Assembly (NCBI GenBank): GCA_963777935.1
Contig: CAVZSL010000003.1
Coordinates: 19,957 to 83,956, forward strand
DNA from: an uncultured Chloroflexia bacterium
GTDB lineage: Bacteria > Chloroflexota > Anaerolineae > Anaerolineales > UBA4823
Reading direction: 5' to 3'
DNA: 64,000 nt
Part shown: piece after piece, positions 42,163-50,918 of the stretch
Position numbering within the stretch: position 1 is the first letter of the stretch
Layout of the letters: each line of letters begins with the position of its first letter
Notes under the pieces: model-generated
What the model saw: only the letters and a program-made list of their open reading frames with translations
What the model was told of the DNA's origin: nothing
The model's database searches: none
Program-made: the position numbers and the translations under genes

Positions 42163-42911
42163 CCCCGGATACGAAAGACGATTTACCGGATAAAATTCCC
42201 ACCCATATTGGGATCATCATGGATGGCAACGGGCGCTGGGCTTTGGCGCGCGGGCTACCAAGAATGGCTGGTCACCGGGCAGGTACTGAAAATTTACGCC
42301 GAATCATTGAAGCATGCATTGAGTTTGGTATCAAATATCTGACAATCTATGCTTTCTCTACTGAGAATTGGGGAAGGCCCACTGAAGAAGTTCAGGGTTT
42401 GATGCGCATCTTTGAGAATGTCATCGATAATGAGCTCCAGGAGTTGCATGATCAGGGAGTAAGGCTCCGCCACATTGGTAGGTTGGACCGTCTGAGACCA
42501 TCTTTTCGAAAAAAAGTATTGGAAGCGGTTGAACTCACACGGGATAATGATTGCCTGATCCTCAACGTAGCATTTAATTACGGTGGTCGGGATGAAATTG
42601 TATGTGCCATCCAGGCAATGTTGCGGGATGGGGTGAAAGCCGAAGATGTATCGGATAGTCTTGTGAGCCAATATCTGTTCACAGCCGGGGTGCCCGACCC
42701 TGATATGATCATCCGCACTTCCGGAGAATTACGAGGAAGCAACTTCCTTATCTGGCAGGGAGCCTATTCAGAATGGTATTTTCCCTCCACATATTGGCCA
42801 GATTTCGATCGCCAGGAATTACTGAAAGCAATCGAAGAATTTAGCCAGCGTGAGCGACGCCACGGTCTGACAGCAAAACAAATCAAACGCCAGAAACGCC
42901 ATGCTCCTTAA
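42159..42911 (+). CDS. uppS: isoprenyl transferase / undecaprenyl diphosphate synthase
   Basis: [49 protein letters not shown]; its ATG overlaps the frr stop. Confidence 0.95.
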   Translation: MTPDTKDDLPDKIPTHIGIIMDGNGRWALARGLPRMAGHRAGTENLRRIIEACIEFGIKYLTIYAFSTENWGRPTEEVQGLMRIFENVIDNELQELHDQGVRLRHIGRLDRLRPSFRKKVLEAVELTRDNDCLILNVAFNYGGRDEIVCAIQAMLRDGVKAEDVSDSLVSQYLFTAGVPDPDMIIRTSGELRGSNFLIWQGAYSEWYFPSTYWPDFDRQELLKAIEEFSQRERRHGLTAKQIKRQKRHAP

Positions 42912-43719
42912 GCGGGTTTTGGTAGCAATTGTTCTATTGCCAATTGGGTTGGCCGCTATTATTGCCGGTGGATGGTATTTAACTGCCCTGGTGGCAGTTT
43001 TTATGGGCGTGGCGGCATGGGAGTATGTAACCTTATTTCGCGCCGGCGGGCTACAGCCTGCTGGCGTTTTGGTTATCGGAGGCACGTTATTGTTCGTGCT
43101 GAGCCGGAACATTAACGGCTTTAACAGCGCACCTTGGATGATCAGCCTGTTCATCTTATTGAGCATGACTTATCATCTGGTGACCTACGAACACGGTCGC
43201 GACCAGGCAGGGACCGACTTTGCAGTGACCTTGGCGGGAATGTTTTATATTGGTTGGATTGGTGCATACTTTATTTCACTGCGTAACTTGCCCGAGGGCT
43301 TGTGGTGGATATTGGTTGTTCTGCCAGCGGTTTGGTTTGCAGATTCTGCTGCATACTTCATCGGGAAAAGGTTCGGCCGTCACCACCTCAGCCCACGTTT
43401 AAGCCCAAAGAAAACCTGGGAAGGATATCTGGGCGGAATTATTGTGGGTGTGCTACTAACGGCTGGGTTTGCTGCCATCTTGCAGATGTGGGCAGGGGCT
43501 GATTCTCCCATTACACCACTCCGGGGCGCACTGATGGGACTGGTAATGGGCGTCTTCCCAACTCTGGGAGACCTGGGGGAGAGCATGATCAAACGCCAGA
43601 TGGGGGTAAAAGATTCAGGGAAGTTGTTGCCTGGTCATGGTGGGGCATTTGACCGGATTGATTCCTGGCTCTGGGCTGTGGTAATCGGTTATTACATAGT
43701 CCAGTGGTTATGGATCTGA
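42901..43719 (+). CDS. cdsA: phosphatidate cytidylyltransferase
   Basis: 272-aa polytopic ORF with SPKKTWEGYLGG and GDLGESMIKRQMGVKDSGKLLPGHGGAFDRIDS (CTP-transferase 1 signature). Confidence 0.9.
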   Translation: MLLKRVLVAIVLLPIGLAAIIAGGWYLTALVAVFMGVAAWEYVTLFRAGGLQPAGVLVIGGTLLFVLSRNINGFNSAPWMISLFILLSMTYHLVTYEHGRDQAGTDFAVTLAGMFYIGWIGAYFISLRNLPEGLWWILVVLPAVWFADSAAYFIGKRFGRHHLSPRLSPKKTWEGYLGGIIVGVLLTAGFAAILQMWAGADSPITPLRGALMGLVMGVFPTLGDLGESMIKRQMGVKDSGKLLPGHGGAFDRIDSWLWAVVIGYYIVQWLWI

Positions 43720-43762
43720 TATAAAAAATAATCGAATTAATTTCTGGTTAAAACCTGTCAAG

Positions 43763-43791
43763 TTGACAATTGGTTCTAAGCGTGGTATTAT
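43763..43791 (+). promoter_or_regulatory. sigma-70 promoter for the riboswitch-metK transcript
   Basis: TTGACA (43763-43768), a 17-nt spacer, then TGgTATTAT (43783-43791). Confidence 0.7.
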
Positions 43792-43822
43792 CCGCCCGAC
43801 AATTTAATAGCCCCTAAAGGCG

Positions 43823-43954
<132 letters not shown>

Positions 43955-43982
43955 GGCAGTTCAAGTGAACGCTCGTTGCTTG

Positions 43983-44013
43983 CCCTTTCCTGACCAGAAG
44001 GGGTATTTTTTTT
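43983..44013 (+). terminator. riboswitch expression-platform terminator
   Basis: CCCTTTC (43983-43989) pairs with GAAGGGG (43997-44003), followed by a T-rich run (TA + T9). An antiterminator is possible between 43951-43958 and 43981-43988. Confidence 0.7.
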
Positions 44014-44020
44014 GGAGGCA

Positions 44021-45244
44021 ATGATGAGCAATACTTTTATGAATTCCCCCAGCTTGCTGTTCACTTCTGAATCAGTGACGGAGGGGCACCCCGACAAGAT
44101 ATGTGATCAGATCAGCGATGGTATCCTGGATGCCTGTCTGGAACAGGATCCGTATTCGCGCGTGGCATGCGAAGCGGCAACCAAGACTGGCTTTGTCATG
44201 TTGTTGGGAGAAATTACCACCCGGGCGAATATTAATTTTGATGAACTGGTACGCAAGATCATCAACGAAATCGGTTATGACTCGAGTGAGAAGGGTTTTG
44301 ACGGTAACACTTGTGCGGTGCAGGTAGCAATCTCCAAGCAATCCGGGGATATCGCCATGGGTGTGAACAAATCGATGGAAGCCAAGGCAGGTGGGATGAG
44401 CGAAGCTGAGGTAGACGCGGTGGGAGCTGGCGACCAGGGTATGATGTTTGGATTTGCCTGCAACGAGACGCCCCAGTTGATGCCATTACCCATTTATTTA
44501 GCCCATAAGCTTGCACGCCGTCTGGCGGAAGTTCGAAAAAACGGGACCTTACCCTGGTTGCGTCCGGATGGTAAAACCCAGGTGACGGTGGAGTACCGCT
44601 ATGGTAAGCCCAAGCGGGTGCATACGGTTCTGGTCAGCACACAACATGCGCCTCACGTTTCCCACGCTGAGATCAGCGAATCGGTGATCGAGCATGTCAT
44701 CATGCCCACCTTGCCCAAGGAGCTGGTGGATGAAAAGCTCAAGATTTTCGTTAATCCAACCGGGCGCTTTGTCATCGGCGGTCCATTGGGCGATTCGGGC
44801 GTGACCGGGCGCAAGATCATCGTTGATACCTATGGAGGCATGGGCAGGCATGGTGGAGGTTGCTTTAGTGGTAAGGATCCCACTAAGGTGGACCGCTCTG
44901 CAGCGTATGCCGCCCGTTACGCGGCCAAGAATATCGTGGCTGCTGAGTTGGCAGAACGGGTTGAGATCCAGGTGGCATATGCCATCGGTGTTTCTCATCC
45001 ACTGAGCGTCAACGTGGAGACCTTTGGAACGGGTAAAATCCCGGATGACGACATTGCCCGCCTGGTTCTTGAAAACTTTGACCTTCGCCCGGGGGCGATC
45101 ATTCGTGACCTGAACCTGCGCCGTCCCATCTTCCGTAAGACAGCTGCCTATGGGCATTTCGGGCGCGACGACTTGGACCTACCCTGGGAGAACACGGATA
45201 AAGTGGCAATCTTACGCAAGGCGGCTGGTTTAGCCTGCGATTAA
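44021..45244 (+). CDS. metK: S-adenosylmethionine synthetase
   Basis: [48 protein letters not shown]; GGAGG SD at 44014-44018. Start is ATG 44021 or 44024. Confidence 0.95.
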   Translation: MMSNTFMNSPSLLFTSESVTEGHPDKICDQISDGILDACLEQDPYSRVACEAATKTGFVMLLGEITTRANINFDELVRKIINEIGYDSSEKGFDGNTCAVQVAISKQSGDIAMGVNKSMEAKAGGMSEAEVDAVGAGDQGMMFGFACNETPQLMPLPIYLAHKLARRLAEVRKNGTLPWLRPDGKTQVTVEYRYGKPKRVHTVLVSTQHAPHVSHAEISESVIEHVIMPTLPKELVDEKLKIFVNPTGRFVIGGPLGDSGVTGRKIIVDTYGGMGRHGGGCFSGKDPTKVDRSAAYAARYAAKNIVAAELAERVEIQVAYAIGVSHPLSVNVETFGTGKIPDDDIARLVLENFDLRPGAIIRDLNLRRPIFRKTAAYGHFGRDDLDLPWENTDKVAILRKAAGLACD

Positions 45245-45271
45245 AGCATCGATAGGAATTGGGTGAGAAAA

Positions 45272-45296
45272 TAAGGCAGCCTTTAGGTCTGCCTTA
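45272..45296. terminator. hairpin between convergent metK and trxA (possible bidirectional terminator)
   Basis: TAAGGCAG-CCTTTAGGT-CTGCCTTA, flanked by an A-rich run on the 5' side and a T-rich run on the 3' side. Confidence 0.5.
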
Positions 45297-45321
45297 TTCG
45301 TTGTGGCTGGGAAAGACTAGA

Positions 45322-45645
45322 TTAGATGTAAGAACCAAATTTTGAAACGATGCGTTCTTTAGGTTGGTATCCACTCAGCCTTTGCACCGGATTGCCGTTG
45401 ACAAACAAGATTAATGTTGGCACCCCCATAACCCCATACTTCATCGCCAGATTACTATTATCATCCACATCCAGCTTGACGATTTTCACCTTCCCGCCCC
45501 AATCCTGCGAGAGTTGCGTGACCACCGGGTCGAGCATCTTACACGGGCCACACCAGATAGCTGTAAAGTCGACAATGACTGGTAATGTGGATTTTAGCAC
45601 CTCAGTATCGAATACAGCTTCGGTTAGCTTGGGGATGTCTGACAT
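45322..45645 (-). CDS. trxA: thioredoxin
   Basis: 107 aa with the WCGPCK active site. Confidence 0.9.
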   Translation of the reverse strand: MSDIPKLTEAVFDTEVLKSTLPVIVDFTAIWCGPCKMLDPVVTQLSQDWGGKVKIVKLDVDDNSNLAMKYGVMGVPTLILFVNGNPVQRLSGYQPKERIVSKFGSYI

Positions 45646-45713
45646 GTGGAACTCCTAATCTGTGTGCGGGGATCTGAATAGATGGTAACCATGGGAGCGA
45701 AAAAAGTCAAGGC

Positions 45714-45742
45714 TTGTGTACTGTGCCTAGGCGTGATAGAAT
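45714..45742 (+). promoter_or_regulatory. putative promoter of tRNA-Lys
   Basis: TTGTGT (45714-45719), a 17-nt spacer, then TGaTAGAAT (45734-45742), about 15 nt before the tRNA 5' end. Confidence 0.5.
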
Positions 45743-45756
45743 ATTTTTCGCAAAAT

Positions 45757-45828
45757 GGGCGTGTAGCTCAAAGGTAGAGCAGTGGCCTTTTAAGCCATTG
45801 GTTGAGCGTTCGAGCCGCTCCACGCTCA
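45757..45828 (+). tRNA. tRNA-Lys (anticodon UUU)
   Basis: Hand-folded cloverleaf. Acceptor GGGCGTG/CACGCTC, D arm GCTC-AAAGGTA-GAGC, anticodon arm GTGGC-CTTTTAA-GCCAT, variable loop TGGTT, T arm GAGCG-TTCGAGC-CGCTC, discriminator A. No encoded CCA. Confidence 0.9.
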
Positions 45829-45837
45829 CTGGCTGTT

Positions 45838-45890
45838 TTGGTTGAGTGTCCCCGCTGGGGACGATTCTTCGAGCCGCTCCACGCTCACTG
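45838..45890 (+). repeat. tandem partial duplicate of the tRNA-Lys 3' half (att-like direct repeat)
   Basis: TTGGTTGAG (45838-45846) matches 45798-45806. TTCGAGCCGCTCCACGCTCACTG (45868-45890) is identical to 45809-45831. The two blocks are separated by an inserted GTCCCC-GCT-GGGGAC hairpin. Confidence 0.75.
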
Positions 45891-45981
45891 CATAGATATG
45901 CCGTTTGAGACGACCCTTAACCCCCCACCTATACGGGTTAATATTTATTAGCTGTATACATTGGTTATTGAAAAGGTATTA

Positions 45982-46845
45982 ATGGCTGATTGTCTACCTG
46001 AACCACATCATCATAAACTAGAGACTATACGTAAACTATCGGAAAGTGATATTGAAAAAATAGCTTTAGCTTCTGCTGTAGTCGGTTCATATAACGCAGG
46101 TTACTCATTATTTGAAATTTGTGAAGAAAATTATTGTGTTATAGAAGAATATTATTCAAGCCTTGCCCAGATAAAGAGAATTAACCAAGAAGAAATCCAT
46201 AATTTTTTAGTTAAGTGGGATTCTCTCCTTCTTAATTATCTTTCCAGTTTTAGGTCGTTTATAGACCACCAGGAAAGAGTATTAAAAAAAGCACATAGGG
46301 TAGATGTAAACGATGACAGATTTAAACGATTTAAAAAAGAGACTTCGATCCACTATGATACTTACTTCTCTTATCGTTTCATCTGGAATTTACGTAATTA
46401 TGTTCAACACATTGGATTTCCAGCACTTGATCTAGAAATTACAAATCCCTTGATAAAAAAAGATAATAACGAAAACATGGTTCAAATTTCATTAAATAGG
46501 GATATCCTACTATTAAATTACAAATGGAAGCGAGTTAGAAGAGAATTGCGGAAACAACCTTCTGGAATTGATATTATGTATCATATCCGGACTCATTACA
46601 AATCTTTGAAAGCAATTTCTCTTTTTGTTGCACAACTCAATATCGATAGATTAGGTGACAATTGGGAATATTTTAAAAAATTATATAGAGAAGTAAGAGA
46701 TTTATTCCCTGATGCATCTCCTGTTATTGTAGATATCGAAGTTAATAATGGTGAATTCGTAAAATTCCTGGATGTTTCATTTTTACCCCTATACTCGTTG
46801 GTAAAAATTCAAGATACAATTTTAGGTACAAATCCAGCCTTATAG
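45982..46845 (+). CDS. hypothetical protein (orphan, strongly AT-rich gene)
   Basis: Long ORF in a very AT-rich stretch. ATG 45982 (MADCLPEPHHHK..) lies within the TTG-initiated ORF 45961..46845. Lys/Asn/Ile-rich. No motif recognised. Confidence 0.55.
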   Translation: MADCLPEPHHHKLETIRKLSESDIEKIALASAVVGSYNAGYSLFEICEENYCVIEEYYSSLAQIKRINQEEIHNFLVKWDSLLLNYLSSFRSFIDHQERVLKKAHRVDVNDDRFKRFKKETSIHYDTYFSYRFIWNLRNYVQHIGFPALDLEITNPLIKKDNNENMVQISLNRDILLLNYKWKRVRRELRKQPSGIDIMYHIRTHYKSLKAISLFVAQLNIDRLGDNWEYFKKLYREVRDLFPDASPVIVDIEVNNGEFVKFLDVSFLPLYSLVKIQDTILGTNPAL

Positions 46846-46979
46846 GAACAATAAGAAACATGGATATAAAATTAATTATCAGGGACTATAAAAAACGAAA
46901 ACTATGTAAAGCCTTAGCAGAGTTGAATGAATTTCCGTACTCTATCAACTCTTGACCAATGCAAATGAAAAATCGGAAT

Positions 46980-47086
46980 CTGAAGAATACATCCGGTGCC
47001 AATTGCTAACTAAATATTGATTCTTGATGCTTCTCCCCGCATGAAATATCGACTGAAGATCTGCCGGTGCCTATTGCTACTAAATA
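46980..47086 (+). repeat. pair of imperfect direct repeats of about 35-37 nt in a non-coding AT-rich spacer
   Basis: CTGAAGAATACATCCGGTGCCAATTGCTAACTAAATAT (46980-47017) versus CTGAAGATCTGCCGGTGCCTATTGCTACTAAATAT (47052-47086). Confidence 0.6.
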
Positions 47087-47634
47087 TCCATTTTGGTTGC
47101 TATCTAAACCCTTTTAAGGGGTTTAGACAACAAAGATTCCATACACCAATCTCCATTTATTATTAATCACCCTTTCACCAGGTTGCTAATGGTTTTTAAT
47201 TGTATCTATGTGATCCCTATATATACACTGGACTAGTTCTTTTCCTCCTCCGAACAAGGCTGCAGGCTGCCTTTCCTCAACCAATCCAAAACGCTCGGCT
47301 ATTTATATGGAAATTTCTACATACTTAGTCCATAACACGTAATTTTGGCTGCTTTATACAGATAAATAAAAGAAGTATGTCTATGGTTAGAGAATTTCAC
47401 TTAATTGCGATATTAATTATACAGCCCACAGTAGATTCTATTCTGGCATCAAAAGCAATCTATAGAAAAATACAAAATAGTTGTTGTCGATCATTGATTA
47501 TTGAAATGTAATCACAATTATCATTAAGTTGGCAAAAACCGAGTAATATGGTTATAATATATTATAAGTATGTTTGTCTTATACCAGTTTTTTATAGCGC
47601 ACAATTGCTAGTCTAATATTTAAAGGAGAATGTA

Positions 47635-48390
47635 ATGCGAAATTTGTCTGGTAAACGCGTATTAGTAACTGGTGGCGCAAGAGGTATTGGCGCGGCGACA
47701 GCGAAACGCTTTTTAGAAGAAGGATCCAGAGTAATCGTTATTGATCGTTTTCGCCCAGCTCTCGAAGATATCAAAAAAGAGCTCCCACAATTGGAGGACA
47801 CCCTCTTAGCAGATGTTTCTGTTTTAGAAGATGTACATCGTGTTTATCAGCATTTAGATCATATATGGAATGGCTTGGATGTATTAATAAACAACGCAGG
47901 AATCAGCATCCGCCACAAATTCATGGATATCACGCCTGAAGAATGGCAAGATATCATGAATACAAACTTAACTGGTTTGTTTTATATGGCTAAGGAAGCT
48001 GCAAAACGCATGCTTGCAGCTGAAAAAGGGGTAATTATAAACATGGGCTCAACGAGCGGTTTCACGGGTTACCATTATTATGCAGATTACAATGCTTCCA
48101 AGGCGGGTGTAATAGAATTATCGCGTTCAATGGCGCTGGAACTTGCCCCCCATGTTCGGGTAATCGCACTTTGTCCAGGTTATGTCCTGACCCCGATGCA
48201 GGAGGCAGAATATACACCTGAAATGATGCGTGAAGTTGACAGAAAGATTCCTCTGGGGAGGCAGGCTAGACCTGAGGAAATGGCGGCAGTATTTGCCTTC
48301 CTGGCCTCCGACGATGCAAGTTACATCACAGGGTGCGCAATTACCGCTGATGGGGGTGAGACTGCTGGTGGACTGGCAAGTCAGAAATGA
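47635..48390 (+). CDS. SDR family oxidoreductase (FabG-like)
   Basis: VTGGARGIGAA (TGxxxGxG), NNAG, catalytic YNASK; 251 aa; GGAG SD. Confidence 0.9.
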   Translation: MRNLSGKRVLVTGGARGIGAATAKRFLEEGSRVIVIDRFRPALEDIKKELPQLEDTLLADVSVLEDVHRVYQHLDHIWNGLDVLINNAGISIRHKFMDITPEEWQDIMNTNLTGLFYMAKEAAKRMLAAEKGVIINMGSTSGFTGYHYYADYNASKAGVIELSRSMALELAPHVRVIALCPGYVLTPMQEAEYTPEMMREVDRKIPLGRQARPEEMAAVFAFLASDDASYITGCAITADGGETAGGLASQK

Positions 48391-48431
48391 TTGTCAGTAG
48401 AAGTAATGTTGTTGATACTAGACTAGAATTT

Positions 48432-48893
48432 CTAATTTCTATGCTCGCTTTCAATTGAAACATGTGGTGCATTCCAACATGGCGACTTATGTACGTGCAC
48501 CACTTTCCAAATGCCGTCTAATTTGACCATAACACGACTTTCATTATGTGCCTCTACACGCTCACCATCTGGAAAAGACGTGCTAACAAGAAGTGTGTAA
48601 CTTGCTATGGCAGTATCGCCATAGCGTTGAATACGAAGATTTGCAAGGTCAAATCGTGATTGGACCATTTGCTTTTCAGCTTGGATTTCCTGTTTTTTTT
48701 GGGCTTGTCGCTTGGCATCAGCAATAATCATGAATTCATGAAATGGTAGTCCATCAATTCGATGAGGTGTCAGCCACCATTCATATACAGCCAGGTCTTC
48801 AGCCGAGGTAGCTCGGTAGGTCTCTAAATCGTTATCCTGGACTGCCTGCAAGTGTTTTAGAAGAAATTCATGAATTTCAACATCTAAGGCCAT
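48432..48893 (-). CDS. NTF2-like (SnoaL/DUF4440-like) protein
   Basis: 153-aa ORF. The N-terminal helices and the C-terminal ..RVMVKLDGIWKVVHVH pattern are typical of NTF2-like cone folds. This is a weak call. Confidence 0.5.
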   Translation of the reverse strand: MALDVEIHEFLLKHLQAVQDNDLETYRATSAEDLAVYEWWLTPHRIDGLPFHEFMIIADAKRQAQKKQEIQAEKQMVQSRFDLANLRIQRYGDTAIASYTLLVSTSFPDGERVEAHNESRVMVKLDGIWKVVHVHKSPCWNAPHVSIESEHRN

Positions 48894-49260
48894 TGTGATC
48901 CTCTCTTGGTTATGTTATTGTTGTAACGGTGACTTTACTAGAAAATGGTTTTACCACAAACCCTCAAAGCTTCATTACATAAAGTAATTATATCTTCCTG
49001 CATTGGTGGAAAAAGTAACATCTTGCAGTTGATTCATTGTTGATTGAGTATCCTGCAATAAAAAGAATGGATAATATAGAACAAGAAGAGCGTCTGTAAT
49101 GAGAAAAAGATCGTAAGTAATTATAATGTGTAAATTATTCTCTTATCGACAGAAAGTTTTCATAATATATATTATGTAAAAAAGTAAATGACTAAACAGC
49201 AGATTGCCACAAATCGTCAGACTGAACCAATTAGAATCCAATGATGAAAGGAACCCAAGC

Positions 49261-50703
49261 ATGCCTCCAAATCAGCCAACTCTACGAGTTTTGACCGAGC
49301 TCGAATGTGATCAAATTGAAGAAACCACATTCCGATTGTTGGAGGAAGTGGGTATTCGATTGCAGCATCAGCAAGCAATGGAAATGCTTCAAGGCCAGGG
49401 CTGTCGCATTCAGGGTGATCGCGTACTAATCCCACGGGAGGTCGTGGCATGGGGTCTGGCGAATGTCAATCGAAATGCTTTCTTTCGCAGCGCGGATGGA
49501 TCTAATGAAGTGGTCTTGGGGCAAGACCGCTTTCTCACCCACAATGGAGGAAGCGTTCCGAACTTCGAAGACCTGGAGACTGGTAAGCGTCGGCCAGCGA
49601 AATTACAAGACCTGATCCAAGGTACCCGCATTCTCGACGCACTGCCCAACATCGATGTAGTCATCCCCCTGGTTGGGCCACAGGATGTGCCGGAAGAGCT
49701 GATGACCATCGCTTCATTCGAAGCCATGCTTCACCACACGCGAAAACCCATCGCGGGAGCAGCGGTCGAGAACCCAACGGATGTTCGTTACATGATCGAT
49801 TTGGCTTGCGCGTGCTGCGGTGGAAAAGAGGCTTTTCGCGCACGTCCTACCATCCCAATATTGGCATCGCCAATCAGCCCGCTGACTTTTACCGAAAAAG
49901 TGACAAGTGCCATCCTGGCAATTGTAGATGCGGGAGCCACATTTTTCCCCTTGCCTGCTCCAACAATGGGAGCGAGCGGCCCTATTACCATGGCTGGGGT
50001 ACTTGCACAGCAACATGCTGAAGTTTTAGCCAGCATTGTCATTACAGCAGCTGCTTGCCCTGGAGCGTCTGTGGTTTATTGTTCCCGGATTAATCCAATC
50101 GATATGCGGACAGGAGTGTCGTGGTGGGGTGGACCAGATATGGGTATGGCAGGTGCATGCGCAACCCAGCTGGCTCACCGAAGTGGGTTAAAGTCTGATG
50201 TCTATGGCCTATGCACCAGTGCGGCCAGGCTGGATCCAAGGTTCGCTTACGAGAAATTAGCAAATGCGCTCACACCAGCTTTGGCAGGTGCAGATATCCT
50301 TTCAGGAGTAGGTACGATGGATAGCGGTATGACAGCAACCTTAGCTGGGGCAGTACTCGACAATGAAATAATAAGTCTTATCCACCACATTCGGCGCGGA
50401 TATGAGGTAAATGAAGAAACATTGGCATTTGAAGTGATGAAGAAAGTGATCCTGACCGATGATATTTTTCTGGGCCAATTACACACTGTACAACACTTGC
50501 GAGACGGCACCATATGGTTCCCTGAGATAATTGAACGAGTAATGGAGACTGACTTCGACCCAAAGGCTGGTTTAGTTACTTTTGCAACTGACCAGGTCCA
50601 TGAACTTCTTAAAATGCCCGAGGAGGAGACTCTCTCCGAATCAGTATGCCGTGATCTGGCTGAAATTATGGAGCAGGCGCGGTGTGAATTAGTCACATCA
50701 TGA
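49261..50703 (+). CDS. MttB-superfamily (trimethylamine methyltransferase-like) methyltransferase, non-pyrrolysine type
   Basis: About 480 aa from ATG 49261 (GAAAGGAA SD). There is MttB-family similarity throughout (..LRVLTELECDQIEETTFRLLEEVGI.., ..SPISPLTF.., ..GADILSGVGTMDSGM..). The frame is uninterrupted, with no in-frame TAG. Confidence 0.8.
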   Translation: MPPNQPTLRVLTELECDQIEETTFRLLEEVGIRLQHQQAMEMLQGQGCRIQGDRVLIPREVVAWGLANVNRNAFFRSADGSNEVVLGQDRFLTHNGGSVPNFEDLETGKRRPAKLQDLIQGTRILDALPNIDVVIPLVGPQDVPEELMTIASFEAMLHHTRKPIAGAAVENPTDVRYMIDLACACCGGKEAFRARPTIPILASPISPLTFTEKVTSAILAIVDAGATFFPLPAPTMGASGPITMAGVLAQQHAEVLASIVITAAACPGASVVYCSRINPIDMRTGVSWWGGPDMGMAGACATQLAHRSGLKSDVYGLCTSAARLDPRFAYEKLANALTPALAGADILSGVGTMDSGMTATLAGAVLDNEIISLIHHIRRGYEVNEETLAFEVMKKVILTDDIFLGQLHTVQHLRDGTIWFPEIIERVMETDFDPKAGLVTFATDQVHELLKMPEEETLSESVCRDLAEIMEQARCELVTS

Positions 50704-50918
50704 ACTAATGACAGTGGATTTAAATTGCTGTATCAGGAAAAAGAAGCAAAAAACCTGGGAATTATTTAGCAAAATGCGATAATTCGAATTCAACCAAAAA
50801 AATCGATTGTACTTTAACCGTAGAAAGGAGCCGAAGACTGTAGCATAATCGAAAAAAGGAGTAACACAAATATTATCATCGGTTAATATAAACCAACCAG
50901 AGATAAAGGAGATTCGAA

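Noticed and set aside
44549-45157. 202-aa minus-strand ORF inside metK
   Set aside because: It is antisense to an unmistakable metK reading frame and has no motif.
46980-47130. CRISPR array
   Set aside because: There are only two imperfect repeat copies, with different lengths and no regular spacer pattern. No cas genes are in the window.
48894-49260. Cobalamin riboswitch in front of the MttB/corrinoid operon
   Set aside because: No B12-box-like element (consensus around AGYCMGGAGACCKGCC) is visible in this or the other intergenic regions of the locus.
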